64,000 nucleotides of DNA from IMG/VR virus record IMGVR_UViG_3300033145_001721, positions 10,973-74,972 of that record, one strand, 5' to 3'. The translations under genes and the position numbers were made by a program. The notes under the pieces were generated by a model that was not told the DNA's origin, made no database searches, and saw only the letters and a program-made list of their open reading frames with translations. Shown piece after piece: positions 1 through 9,801 of this stretch. The DNA comes from a virus. How positions within the stretch are numbered: the first letter of the stretch is position 1; every line of letters begins with the position of its first letter.

Positions 1-725
1 GTAAAAGTTTGGGCTCCTCCGTCCTTAGTCAATTCCCAATTAAGAGAATACTCAATTTTCTCTTTTTCAAAACCCTCCATCACAGTTTGATTCATTGTGC
101 CCAAGCGTTCTTGAGTAACAACATCTGCAAAATTGCCAGCCGGTTGGTCGTTTAAGTATTGAATGTTAGCTCCGGCTCCAGCTACCGGACCTTCACCATA
201 ATCGATAATTAAATTTAGGATTTCATTATCGTCGTCATTTACAGACGTCCACTCAGAAACAACATTGCCATGCATCATTAAGTTGCCATAAGGTCTAGGT
301 CTTGCAAGACCCTCACGCTTTCTTGTTCGGGGATTCCAACTATAATTTTCTGACGGATCGTCTCCACCTTGTGTTTCATCATAATCTTGATTGAACAGCA
401 TCCCGCCCAAATAAGAAAAAGCAAAAGCAATTGCCACTTGCACAGCTATAGGCCAAACATAAACTATAGCAGCCCATATGAATGCAAAAAATTCAACATC
501 AGGTAAAAACTCAACTTTACAACCTGGACGAACTCTGGTAGTTTTCCAATCGCATTTAGAAATTATTTGCCCATCTAAGCGTATAACCCAATGACCTTCT
601 GGCACGCAACGCTTTTTCAATGTAGATAACCGCTCGCGCCTACAAATGTATTCGCCTATATCAGCTTGGGGTGCCTGATCTTTAACTGGGTGTCTCCAGA
701 TGTGGATGTAAAAAGTACTACACAT
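1..725 (-). CDS. Tail tip / host-specificity protein (lambda gpI/gpJ-like), partial, runs off the left edge
   Basis: Not in the ORF track. Read manually from ATG 725: MCSTFYIHIWRHP...WKTTRVRPGCKVEFLPD, a hydrophobic stretch, then YSWNPRT...RPRPYGNLMMHGNVV...IDYGEGPV...ERLGTMNQTV. Follows the gpL- and gpK-like genes. Confidence 0.8.
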   Translation of the reverse strand, partial: MCSTFYIHIWRHPVKDQAPQADIGEYICRRERLSTLKKRCVPEGHWVIRLDGQIISKCDWKTTRVRPGCKVEFLPDVEFFAFIWAAIVYVWPIAVQVAIAFAFSYLGGMLFNQDYDETQGGDDPSENYSWNPRTRKREGLARPRPYGNLMMHGNVVSEWTSVNDDDNEILNLIIDYGEGPVAGAGANIQYLNDQPAGNFADVVTQERLGTMNQTVMEGFEKEKIEYSLNWELTKDGGAQTF

Positions 726-1041
726 GTGAATAGTATCCTTCAATAATTAGAGACCACGGCCATTGTGTCAATCGTCCTTTACGCACAACATAAGTCCCGT
801 TCTTTTCCACCTCTGCATGCACAAAATGCAAACCATCAGGCCACACAACACCTGCGTGCCAATCGCTACTGACTCTCAATAATACAACAGCACCAACCCT
901 CGGAGAATCAATCTTAACCATATCCGTAGGTTCAAATGGTTTATGAATACCTTGCAATACTCCCACACACCAAACAGCAAAGTTCCAGCAATTGCCATCC
1001 CATACTTTGCCAATTTGATTTTGAATCGTATTATTCATCAC
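718..1041 (-). CDS. NlpC/P60-family tail assembly protein (gpK-like, short)
   Basis: GNCWNF and WHAGVV...HFVHA give the Cys/His/His pattern; lies between gpL-like and gpJ-like genes. Confidence 0.75.
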   Translation of the reverse strand: MMNNTIQNQIGKVWDGNCWNFAVWCVGVLQGIHKPFEPTDMVKIDSPRVGAVVLLRVSSDWHAGVVWPDGLHFVHAEVEKNGTYVVRKGRLTQWPWSLIIEGYYSHV

Positions 1042-1664
1042 AATGTCATTCCATTTGGATCTAATCCTAAATCAGCACCAAAACGTGCTTGATTTCCTTT
1101 GGCATAACAATCATCATACGTTCCTGTACATTCTGTATCGGCTCCAGCATAACCACATTCAGGCCCCTTGAACAAAGATGGTGTGGCCCAAGGGCAAGAC
1201 TTGCTAGTGTAGATCCTTTTCGGTACTGCAACAGTAAGTGGATTTGGAATGCCCAACGTGAACGTCACCCAATCATCGTCCGAAGCTGCCGCCAAAATAT
1301 CATAATCTGCTTGCAATGCCGGAATGGGTGTATCCAAAAAGTTTTCACCCACTTTGATAACAGATATAGTACCGTCAATCCCTCCTTGTGTATCATTAAT
1401 GATATTTTCTATTGCCCGTGACCGATCCTGTGCAACCCGCAATGTTATTCTGGGAACGCTTCCATCACAAGACCAAATTTGTTCACTGACATCAAAGCTG
1501 TGAGCATCATAATCTTGTCCAGCAAATGTAACATCCTCTGTGTTACGAGCTAGGTACTGGGTATTTTGTGTAGGGATAGCTATTTCGCACAGTACGAGCC
1601 AAGCTCCACCACTATATGGGCGAATAGAGTCTTCGGCTACGTTTGCTGGTAATGTTTTAGGCAT
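1038..1664 (-). CDS. Tail tip protein L-like (minor tail protein)
   Basis: C-terminal four-Cys pattern CPW...ECGYAG...C.GTYDDC, as in the lambda gpL Fe-S motif; synteny. Confidence 0.8.
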   Translation of the reverse strand: MPKTLPANVAEDSIRPYSGGAWLVLCEIAIPTQNTQYLARNTEDVTFAGQDYDAHSFDVSEQIWSCDGSVPRITLRVAQDRSRAIENIINDTQGGIDGTISVIKVGENFLDTPIPALQADYDILAAASDDDWVTFTLGIPNPLTVAVPKRIYTSKSCPWATPSLFKGPECGYAGADTECTGTYDDCYAKGNQARFGADLGLDPNGMTL

Positions 1665-1673
1665 CGTCCAATC

Positions 1674-4049
1674 CTACCAATCCATCAATAACGTATATAA
1701 CATGCTGAAATGAAATATTACAGGATCTGCAGTTGGGCTTGCCCCATCATCGGGAGCGACACGCTTTAGCTGCAAACCAATACCATCCCCAGCATCTATG
1801 TTTGTCGCAGCAATTGTTCCCAACGTATATTCCATCATTGCATTTGCTTCGGTTGGAATGTTCAAATCGCCGGAATCTATAGTTCCTGTTTGTCCCTCAG
1901 ATGTGATTATTTCAGTGCCATCTTTCTTTACTGTACGCCAAGGAATCTCCCATTGTATTTCACCACTTGCAGTGGCATAAGCTTCATCAGTCGCAACACA
2001 AATTTTAATTGTCAAATCTTCAGATGTATCACAATCATCTGGCACGTCTATTGTGAATATAGAATCGTCACCAATATCATAACTAACACCTTCAAAATAC
2101 CCCACAATAACTGAATCAGGTCCTTGCGAACCTAATGACAAATCTTGCGGGACACGACGAATATTTCGAGTATCGCGTGCTGCTGTAGTAATAAGACCAT
2201 CAGCGTCAATATGCAAAAATCCTGTTTCGTCTATCTCAACGTCTGTTGGCAAAGTGATCGGATGATCGGCTGTTGAAGCTGGACCAATTAGTTTAATATA
2301 GTTGCTACCGTTGTCGCTATCCTCATAAAGATCGATGTAACCGGCGGATGTGACTCCGTTGCAAACAGCCAAGCCAGCCTGGGCCATCAGGGGCATGGTG
2401 GATTCCGGAACAAATTTGGCTTCATTGATGAACTTCTCGGCTAACTCGGCACTGGCGAACTCCACCAGTTGCATGTTGGCTATCAGGAAGGTTGGATTCG
2501 CCGTGGCGTGTTCATTCCAGAGGCGGCAATTGGCCGACGATGTCGTTCCCTCTGTGTGACGGGCAACGCCCCAATATCGTGTCCATCGATCCGTATATGC
2601 CCGCATATTCCGGGATCGCAAGACGGTTGAAGTCGATCTGAACGCAACTGAGAGATATCCTTCGCTCGTGACACTCTTTAAGTCCAAGCTCCAGACGTAC
2701 CACTTAGCTGTCGTAATCGTATAATTCGGCCACAATATTACGCCATCATCCACTTCCTGTCCCGCTTGGTCGAACGTTACTGTCATGCAGTTGCCATGAA
2801 TCGGAGCGGAGTAAGCCGATGAAAATTCCACCGTGTTATCGTTCGCATCTGTAGGCGTAAATGACGAAATCATTGAACCATTCGTCAATTTATTCGTCTT
2901 GGTTCGGTCCAGTGTGGTGGCCATGGGTCCGGGAGCAATCTGCGAAAACGCAAAGGAACTGGTCAGCCAACGACTGGTATGATACACGTCGTTCAGGGCA
3001 TAACCTGACGTGTGTGCACTGTAGGGAGTACCGTGGTTGGCCGTCACGGTATAAGTCGTTCCGCTGTCAGTCTCTAGTGTCCAGTTGTCCACATCAATTG
3101 TGCATCCGTCCAGTACCACGCGACAGGCTCCAGACAGTTTGATACTATGTAAATCCAGGTTCCTCAGAGTCACATTGCGAACTCCAGAAAAGTAAAACTC
3201 AAAGGGGGCTGTAGGAGTGCCATCAATCAAAACGGTTTCCCCGATGCAATTGCCCTCCAGGTGAGTCGAGTCGAAGATCACTGGAAACGACTGGTCGTGC
3301 CCTTCCATATAGGTGACGAATCCTACTGTGTTTTCAATGATTCCTCCCCGCACAAGAATTTCGCCGAGAGCGTTATCGGATCGCAGAGCGGCTATTTTGG
3401 CACCTGAGGAATAACAATTGTCTATCAGGGCACTGGCCGACTGCATCGCCGGAAGTCCCTCGGTATACCAATCGTAGTTATTGTTTATAAGATAACAGTC
3501 TCGAAAGCACCATCCAAAGCAACCCAAAGATGTAAACGCATGTCCACATTCGGAAAAGATGCATTTTTCCACGGTCAGATTTGCGATTCCTCCCGTAGTG
3601 GAATTGACCTTGTAGATTCCATGTTTTGTGTTTGATGCCCCTTGAAATTTAATCCCTGAAACCTTTTGATTGCCGCCCGAACCACTAAGCGTCAAGGCAT
3701 ACTCGCTGGCATTGACCGCTTCCATTATCGTTGCACTCGGACCCGCCCCTTCAATACGCACGTACTTGTTTGCCGTGACCGTAGCCAAGTATATTCCCGC
3801 AGGCAGTTTGACCGTCCCATAAGGACTGGTGCCTGCCTTGTCAAAGGCCGCCTGAATTGCATCGGAATCGTCCGTCACACCGTCACCCTTGGCGCCGAAA
3901 GCCCACACATTAAAAACAGGCGATTTCTTACTAACCACATCGGTAGCAAAAAGTATTTCCCGTTCGGGCGGTAATGTGGGAGCATCCGCAGAAACCAAAC
4001 CACAACACGCAAACATCAAAACAAATGTATACACCAAAAACGTTTTCAT
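1674..4049 (-). CDS. Tailspike/depolymerase-like beta-helix protein with an N-terminal signal-like peptide
   Basis: FNVWAFGAKGDGVTDDSDAIQAA...VKLPAGIY is the pectate-lyase-3/GH55-type N-terminal motif, followed by beta-helix-like repeats and a carbohydrate-binding-like segment. Confidence 0.75.
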   Translation of the reverse strand: MKTFLVYTFVLMFACCGLVSADAPTLPPEREILFATDVVSKKSPVFNVWAFGAKGDGVTDDSDAIQAAFDKAGTSPYGTVKLPAGIYLATVTANKYVRIEGAGPSATIMEAVNASEYALTLSGSGGNQKVSGIKFQGASNTKHGIYKVNSTTGGIANLTVEKCIFSECGHAFTSLGCFGWCFRDCYLINNNYDWYTEGLPAMQSASALIDNCYSSGAKIAALRSDNALGEILVRGGIIENTVGFVTYMEGHDQSFPVIFDSTHLEGNCIGETVLIDGTPTAPFEFYFSGVRNVTLRNLDLHSIKLSGACRVVLDGCTIDVDNWTLETDSGTTYTVTANHGTPYSAHTSGYALNDVYHTSRWLTSSFAFSQIAPGPMATTLDRTKTNKLTNGSMISSFTPTDANDNTVEFSSAYSAPIHGNCMTVTFDQAGQEVDDGVILWPNYTITTAKWYVWSLDLKSVTSEGYLSVAFRSTSTVLRSRNMRAYTDRWTRYWGVARHTEGTTSSANCRLWNEHATANPTFLIANMQLVEFASAELAEKFINEAKFVPESTMPLMAQAGLAVCNGVTSAGYIDLYEDSDNGSNYIKLIGPASTADHPITLPTDVEIDETGFLHIDADGLITTAARDTRNIRRVPQDLSLGSQGPDSVIVGYFEGVSYDIGDDSIFTIDVPDDCDTSEDLTIKICVATDEAYATASGEIQWEIPWRTVKKDGTEIITSEGQTGTIDSGDLNIPTEANAMMEYTLGTIAATNIDAGDGIGLQLKRVAPDDGASPTADPVIFHFSMLYTLLMDW

Positions 4050-4060
4050 CTTGTCAACTC

Positions 4061-4825
4061 CTACAAAAATTGTCCACCGAAAATCAAACCAAAACCAGGC
4101 ATGTTAGCCGCCGTACCACACATTACGTTCAATAGCAAAATATCACCCGTACTCAATGTTGTGTAATCAGTATCAAGTAAACTAGACAAATCAACTGAAT
4201 CCGAAGTAGGTGGTTGATTTGCAGTGTTGAAAGTTTTGGTCAGTAATGTCTGCCCCCCTTCATTTTTCAAAGACAAAACAACCGTATTAGAATCGTCAAT
4301 TCCGGCAGGTGTTCCTTGCGTAAATAAAATCACGCTATCGATTACAAGACCTGTACTTGCTGCGTAGACGATGCGGTCAGTTATATCTGCTCCTGCCGCA
4401 AGATTTTCTACCATTATCATTGCATCGCCTCCGTAGAATTGATGGGTTAAATATGTAACATCTAATGTGGTGGAGCTAGATTGTCTCAGAGTTTGAGAAA
4501 TTGTCCAAAGCTCTTTGTTGTCGTTATTTTGTATGAAAGGGATTGGACGTTCAACAAACACCACTTCGTAAACAGTATTATCCTGTTCATTCAGCCAGTA
4601 AAAAGGCAGAGCTTTATTCGCTTGATAAAACGCCATCCATGTTTCTTTGTCCGTTTCAGAAACATTTCGTCGTCTTTCTTGGAATATGCGAGGATCAAAA
4701 GTAAACAACTCATTTATGCAAGGATACCCACTTGCGAAAGAAGATCGCTGCACGGCATCGTCACTATACTGATCCCCAAACCCTTCTATCTCAGGTTTAG
4801 CCGTTAGCGTTGGAAATGTATTCAT
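4061..4825 (-). CDS. Distal tail protein (gpM/Dit-like) with a C-terminal extension
   Basis: Immediately downstream of the tape measure gene; FPTL...SFASGY...PFYW...YEVVF...W.ISQTLRQ pattern. Confidence 0.65.
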   Translation of the reverse strand: MNTFPTLTAKPEIEGFGDQYSDDAVQRSSFASGYPCINELFTFDPRIFQERRRNVSETDKETWMAFYQANKALPFYWLNEQDNTVYEVVFVERPIPFIQNNDNKELWTISQTLRQSSSTTLDVTYLTHQFYGGDAMIMVENLAAGADITDRIVYAASTGLVIDSVILFTQGTPAGIDDSNTVVLSLKNEGGQTLLTKTFNTANQPPTSDSVDLSSLLDTDYTTLSTGDILLLNVMCGTAANMPGFGLIFGGQFL

Positions 4826-4837
4826 AATTTAACCCAA

Positions 4838-7696
4838 TCAAGTGCTGATCTTATGTGCTCTGCGATATGCACCGTTTGTTCCAGCAGCTGCAATTGTAAC
4901 ATCCAAAATTCTTTGATCCCCCAACATGTATTTTTCTTCTTTTGTTACCTGCACAGGCTGCCCCGTCTCGTTGATTATATTTACAGTTGTGTTGCCACCT
5001 AATGAACCCAACTTTGAGAAGGGTGTAATCAATTCAGGTTCATTCTCAGCAAGACTGGCCATTTGTGGACGCCAAGCAACTCCACCTTCAGCATATTGAT
5101 GATAGCCCCCACTGCCTGCTTGCCCCATTCCACCACCTTCACCACCACCCGACATTCCATCTATAATAGCAGATCCAATTTGGGCAAACGCACTCGCTGC
5201 CGCTGAAGCCGCCGGTTGAATGAAGGCTATGCGAATAGCCTCATAATATACCTCCTCCAATACCTTCTTTACATGCTCGCCCCAATTATCTAAATCGCGA
5301 GACATAGATTGCAAGCCGTTGGATATTGATTGTTCCATTGACTGGGCAAACTCGTATGCTTTCTCTCCCGCTGTTTTGAAAGACCTTTCGGTTTCCAGTG
5401 CGAATGCTTTTAATCCCCCAGCCCACGTACCACCTTGTTTCAATTCTTCAATTTCAAGTAAAACCTTTTGCTCTTTTTCGTATGCCCTAATCAGACTCAA
5501 CACCGCAGCTTCTTCCGTACCAAATTGTTGGGCGATGGCAGCTGTGTTGGCCTTCCACAATTTCACTTCCTCTTTCAAACGACCATATTGGAAATTGAAA
5601 TATTCAGCTGACTTATGATTCAATCCGTTGTACATACGATCCCACGCAGATCGTATAGCTTCCTCTGACATTTCAGTTAATTCGACTATATCGTCAAAAG
5701 CTTTTTGCATTTGAGGATAAGCCCCAGCCCACTTCCAATCACTTTCACTGGGCTGTGTAACAGGACCGATAGGCATACCTCCCATTGACTGCATAGCTTC
5801 ATCAATAGCTGAAGTTAAATTTGGCATCGCTTGCTTTACAATATCAACAATGCCCTCAAAATCTTGTGCAAACTGAGCCTTAACAGCCCCCAGCAAATCC
5901 CCAAGATGCTCTACTGAAGCTTCCCCAAAAGCTTTTATGGCTAATGGAATGCTTGCAAACTTTTCATGCACATACAAAGCCGCATCGTCTGCTGCAGGTT
6001 TAAGTGAATCGAATGTATGCTCAAATGCCGATGCCCACTCTGTTTGAGCTTTTGTCAATCCTTCCTTGAATCGTGTTATCATAGTAGCAATATCAGGTGC
6101 CGTCCATGCATCTGAAATAGCATCTTTCATCTCACGCAAAAACGATCCAGCGCCCATAGCCATAGCAGCAATATCTACTAGAGCATCAACCCAACCTTTT
6201 CTGATTGTATCATAGGCATCCATAAAGCCTTCAACAAAATACCCAAGAAACTTACCGATTGGCGAATCCCATAACCATGCTAATCCAGTCTTGAAAGCTT
6301 CTAACCACTCTTCCATACGGTCCTTAATGGTGCTCAAATTCTGCTCCCAAGCTGCACGTAATGTATATGCAATACTTGCTAACAATACAGCTGCACCCAA
6401 CCACCCCATAGCTGCTACATTTAACGATGCAAAAACACCCACCAACACTGACCCCGCCTTTACAACTAACGCCATAGCCAATGCTAACGGGCCCAAAGAT
6501 GCTGCAAGTACAGCAACGATTCCTACAGTCCGTTGAGTCTCTTCATTCAGATTCAACCAAAAAGTAGTAAATATCTTCACACTCTTTCCCACTTTTAGAA
6601 TCATTGGCTCCAACGTACTCCCAAAAGAAGAAGCCACAGCCTTAACATGATTCCAAATAATCCGCAACTGACTACCAAAAGATTCTAACTGCTTGTTGGC
6701 TACCTCTTCTGTTGTTCCAGCTGCATTCCTAAGCTCTTTTTCATATTTTTCAATCGCATCCGCCATACCAAGAAGGGGAAAAATCGTTTGCTGACTTCTA
6801 GCTTGGAATCCGAGCATCGTTAATGTTGCAACTTTTTGTTTGATAGACATCTCACCCAAAACACCAGTAAGATCCCGCACAATAGCTGAAATAGGTTTAA
6901 GATTTCCCTGGGCATTATACAACTCGATATTGAAATGAGCCCATGCATCCTGATGGTCTTGAAAACCTTTTGTCATCAAACGTAACATCCGACTAAAAAG
7001 TGTACCAGCCTCTTCAGCTTTTCTACCTTGATCAGCATATGCAGCCAAAACAGCAACGCCCTCTTCAACCTGAACTCCAAATGTCTTCATCGCCGAACCA
7101 GCTTCAGAAGTCAACGCTGTTGCAAATTGACTTGTACTGGCATTAGCCAAAGTGTTTGCCTTCACTAATACATCAGACACCCTAACCATATTGGTCATAT
7201 TTTGGATAGAATCCTTGACGGTGAGTCCCAAAGCACTTTGAGCATCTGTAACCAAATCCGTAGCTGTAGAAAGGCTGAACGCACCAGCAGTTGCAAATTT
7301 CTGCACAACAGGAAGTGCCGCCAGAGATTGTTGTACATCTAAACCAGCACTAGCCAAGAAGAAATACGATTCAGCCAATTGCGTAGCTGACTGCACACCA
7401 TTCAAAGATAATGACCGAGCCAACGATCTCAACTTTACATCCATCTCATCAGTCATACCAGCCATAATAGCTGTAGATCGTACCATCGCATCATCAAAAG
7501 AGGCAAACGTTTTCGTAGCAGCAGCACCCAAAGCCAAAAGTGGAACTGTAACTTTCATAGTCATGTTACGACCGAAAGAATTTAACCTTCTCTCAGCCTG
7601 AGTCAAACGAGTTTCCACATTTCGCATGACCCCGGTCCACTGACCACTTTCAAGCTTTAGATGCACGAGCAAATTGCCCAAGTCCAAACTAAACAT
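4838..7696 (-). CDS. Tape measure protein (TP901-like core)
   Basis: 952 aa Ala-rich helical protein; FASFDDAM...SATQLAESYFFLASAG...AGTLFSRML; C-terminal YAEGGV...ENEPELITP. Confidence 0.92.
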   Translation of the reverse strand: MFSLDLGNLLVHLKLESGQWTGVMRNVETRLTQAERRLNSFGRNMTMKVTVPLLALGAAATKTFASFDDAMVRSTAIMAGMTDEMDVKLRSLARSLSLNGVQSATQLAESYFFLASAGLDVQQSLAALPVVQKFATAGAFSLSTATDLVTDAQSALGLTVKDSIQNMTNMVRVSDVLVKANTLANASTSQFATALTSEAGSAMKTFGVQVEEGVAVLAAYADQGRKAEEAGTLFSRMLRLMTKGFQDHQDAWAHFNIELYNAQGNLKPISAIVRDLTGVLGEMSIKQKVATLTMLGFQARSQQTIFPLLGMADAIEKYEKELRNAAGTTEEVANKQLESFGSQLRIIWNHVKAVASSFGSTLEPMILKVGKSVKIFTTFWLNLNEETQRTVGIVAVLAASLGPLALAMALVVKAGSVLVGVFASLNVAAMGWLGAAVLLASIAYTLRAAWEQNLSTIKDRMEEWLEAFKTGLAWLWDSPIGKFLGYFVEGFMDAYDTIRKGWVDALVDIAAMAMGAGSFLREMKDAISDAWTAPDIATMITRFKEGLTKAQTEWASAFEHTFDSLKPAADDAALYVHEKFASIPLAIKAFGEASVEHLGDLLGAVKAQFAQDFEGIVDIVKQAMPNLTSAIDEAMQSMGGMPIGPVTQPSESDWKWAGAYPQMQKAFDDIVELTEMSEEAIRSAWDRMYNGLNHKSAEYFNFQYGRLKEEVKLWKANTAAIAQQFGTEEAAVLSLIRAYEKEQKVLLEIEELKQGGTWAGGLKAFALETERSFKTAGEKAYEFAQSMEQSISNGLQSMSRDLDNWGEHVKKVLEEVYYEAIRIAFIQPAASAAASAFAQIGSAIIDGMSGGGEGGGMGQAGSGGYHQYAEGGVAWRPQMASLAENEPELITPFSKLGSLGGNTTVNIINETGQPVQVTKEEKYMLGDQRILDVTIAAAGTNGAYRRAHKIST

Positions 7697-8033
7697 GCTT
7701 GTTCCTCGTTTTAGATGTTTGTTTCATGCTGCTGGAAGACAAAAGGAAATAACGCCAGTACGCTTTCATACGATTAATGCTTTGCTCCTTTTCTGCAGGT
7801 GTAAGATGCTTAGGTTTCTTTTTTCCATGTATCAAAAAAGATTCCAGCTTGATTTGTTTTGGATCCTTTGCATGTGTCTTTACGATATACATAGCAATCT
7901 GAGCCAAATACGTCTCTTGCACTTGTTCCCTACAGGTTTTTGCTTCTACCCTTTCATCCTCTTCTTTGAAAATGATTCTCCATTTGTAAAACTCTGTAGC
8001 TGTTGTCTCTTGTTGGCACCTTTGTTTTGACAT
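7689..8033 (-). CDS. Tail assembly chaperone, frameshifted C-terminal part (gpT-like)
   Basis: Open and in the -1 frame from the GGGAAAC site at 8081-8087; directly upstream of the tape measure gene. Confidence 0.8.
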   Translation of the reverse strand: MSKQRCQQETTATEFYKWRIIFKEEDERVEAKTCREQVQETYLAQIAMYIVKTHAKDPKQIKLESFLIHGKKKPKHLTPAEKEQSINRMKAYWRYFLLSSSSMKQTSKTRNKHV

Positions 8034-8077
8034 ATGTAATCGGGTAGCGAGTCGGTACCAACTACGCTCCCGAACCG

Positions 8078-8446
8078 TCAGTTTCCCTCAGTCTCATCTT
8101 CCTCGTCAAGCTTGTTGAGCTTTTGTGCAATTTCAAACAATTCCTTTTGAACCTTATGCGGAAACTTACCGATCTCCGGTACACTTACTTTCACCCCATC
8201 TGCTTTGAACAAACAGACAGATAGCAACGAACTGTACATACCCTTATAACTCTTGATAGACTTCACCCGCACTTTGCCATTCTCATCCACCTCAACATCC
8301 AATCTGTCTCGATTGGATTCGAGATAGCCTTCCAAATCATCCCCAGACATTTCCCGCAAGATGAATGTTTCTTCTTGTCCCGCCACATTGATGAGAACGA
8401 CGCGTTGCTCTTTCAGTTTCAAACTTAGCTTGATCGGATCATTCAT
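8078..8446 (-). CDS. Tail assembly chaperone (gpG-like)
   Basis: Position upstream of the tape measure gene; ends GAG GGA AAC TGA, a slippery heptamer. Confidence 0.82.
   Translation of the reverse strand: MNDPIKLSLKLKEQRVVLINVAGQEETFILREMSGDDLEGYLESNRDRLDVEVDENGKVRVKSIKSYKGMYSSLLSVCLFKADGVKVSVPEIGKFPHKVQKELFEIAQKLNKLDEEDETEGN
8081..8087 (-). other. Programmed -1 ribosomal frameshift site G GGA AAC
   Basis: X XXY YYZ heptamer in the correct phase; the -1 frame reads KLTVRERSWYRLATRLH and then MSKQ of 7689..8033 without a stop. Confidence 0.85.
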
Positions 8447-8477
8447 TTTGCTAACCTTTCCATTTTTGTGTATGCCG

Positions 8478-8924
8478 CTATTTCAATGAAGCCAACAACT
8501 TCACCGATAGAATATCTCTTTGCTTTGAATCTACACTTTCGTGCTCAATACCATTCATCGTACTAACATTCAAAATCGTGTAGACCCTTCCATTAACCGT
8601 AGCGTATTGATTAGTGATTTGAGCGAACGTATAAATCACAGCAGACAATTTAGCCCAAGCAGCTAAATACGATGCTCCTCTAACATGCAACAAAACACCG
8701 TAGCGTTGATACTCCTCACCGTTCATATCTTTACATTGGTAATCCCCTTCAACATCAAAAACAGCGGCAGCAGAATCCTCAACACTATTATGATCAGGCA
8801 AATTGCCAGTGAACAGGGGCCAATCGCCAGCCACTTCAGGCTTTGTAAAAAGCTCCAACGTAGTTGTCAGATACTCAGCCAAAACATCTGCTGCTGATCC
8901 TACTGTATCAATCAAGGCTGACAT
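8478..8924 (-). CDS. Tail terminator / minor-capsid-3-like protein (stand-alone paralogue)
   Basis: Probable start MSALID at 8924; aligns by eye with the C-terminal ~140 aa of 9802..12126 (WPLFTG.LPD / WPIFTGRFPD; GVLLHVRG / GIQFRVRG). Confidence 0.6.
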   Translation of the reverse strand: MSALIDTVGSAADVLAEYLTTTLELFTKPEVAGDWPLFTGNLPDHNSVEDSAAAVFDVEGDYQCKDMNGEEYQRYGVLLHVRGASYLAAWAKLSAVIYTFAQITNQYATVNGRVYTILNVSTMNGIEHESVDSKQRDILSVKLLASLK

Positions 8925-9303
8925 CGAGATCACCAATAGCAAAACTTGCTGTATCCCCGTCACCAATAGTTTTGGATGCTGTCAAAGTGCCATATGCCAA
9001 CATTTGCCCGTCAGTTTCAGCATTGAAAAGCGCAAAGTGCGTCACCTCACCCCAATCCCCCGACGCTTCCGCAAAATCAATAGCCGCAGCATTGGCTAAA
9101 GCACCAACAGCTGCAGCATCCCAATCTGATCCTGACGTTTCTACACGCACATACCCATTGCCACTGGGCTCAGCCAACCCACCACCACTTTCTGCTGGAT
9201 CGGCAGTAGACAAACCTACCCAAATCGTAGGTGGATTGTAAACACCTTTCCCAAACAAATGATCCAGAATCTCGTTTTCCCAGTAGTTTGAAAAACTTCC
9301 CAT
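8908..9303 (-). CDS. Small virion/tail accessory protein
   Basis: FSNYWENEILDH...VGLSTADP...EPSGNGYVR...DWGEVTHFALF...GDLDVSLD, a pattern common in phage tail regions. Confidence 0.65.
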   Translation of the reverse strand: MGSFSNYWENEILDHLFGKGVYNPPTIWVGLSTADPAESGGGLAEPSGNGYVRVETSGSDWDAAAVGALANAAAIDFAEASGDWGEVTHFALFNAETDGQMLAYGTLTASKTIGDGDTASFAIGDLDVSLD

Positions 9304-9360
9304 TTGACTATCCTTTCATTTCTGTTCAATGCCTATTGCAGCAAACAGATCATTCAATCA

Positions 9361-9789
9361 TTATCCCAATACAGGTGCAATCTCATCGCCACTGTCATCT
9401 TGATTGCTAACCTCAATCGTAACCGTAGCCGAAGGCGGACTTCCTTCAACAATTTCATTCGGCATGAACTTGTCGATCCATCCCCAAAAAGTCCAGGTTT
9501 GCTCATCCGGGAAGGTAAGCAAAATAGACTGGTTGGTGTTGATCATGTCCAAAATACCTTCGATAAAAGCCGGATCGTAATGGCATGTCAATTGCGATCC
9601 TGACAAACTCTTGAGCGTCTTTGGCTGTTGTGTCCTCCATGCTGTATTTCGCATGTTTGTTGTATCGTTCGGGCCACCCCCATCTACACCAGGAGGAGTG
9701 ACAGCTTGCTCTTCAAAATACAAGGCCACACCCGAATCAGCTTCTGAAAACGTCATCGTTGTTGGAAATCCTTCTGTCATAATACTCAT
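9361..9789 (-). CDS. Major tail tube protein
   Basis: 142 aa; VTPPGVDGGGPNDTT...PKTL...YDP...TFPD..TWTFWGW...ATVTI; synteny. Confidence 0.75.
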   Translation of the reverse strand: MSIMTEGFPTTMTFSEADSGVALYFEEQAVTPPGVDGGGPNDTTNMRNTAWRTQQPKTLKSLSGSQLTCHYDPAFIEGILDMINTNQSILLTFPDEQTWTFWGWIDKFMPNEIVEGSPPSATVTIEVSNQDDSGDEIAPVLG

Positions 9790-9801
9790 AATTCATACTC
9801 C

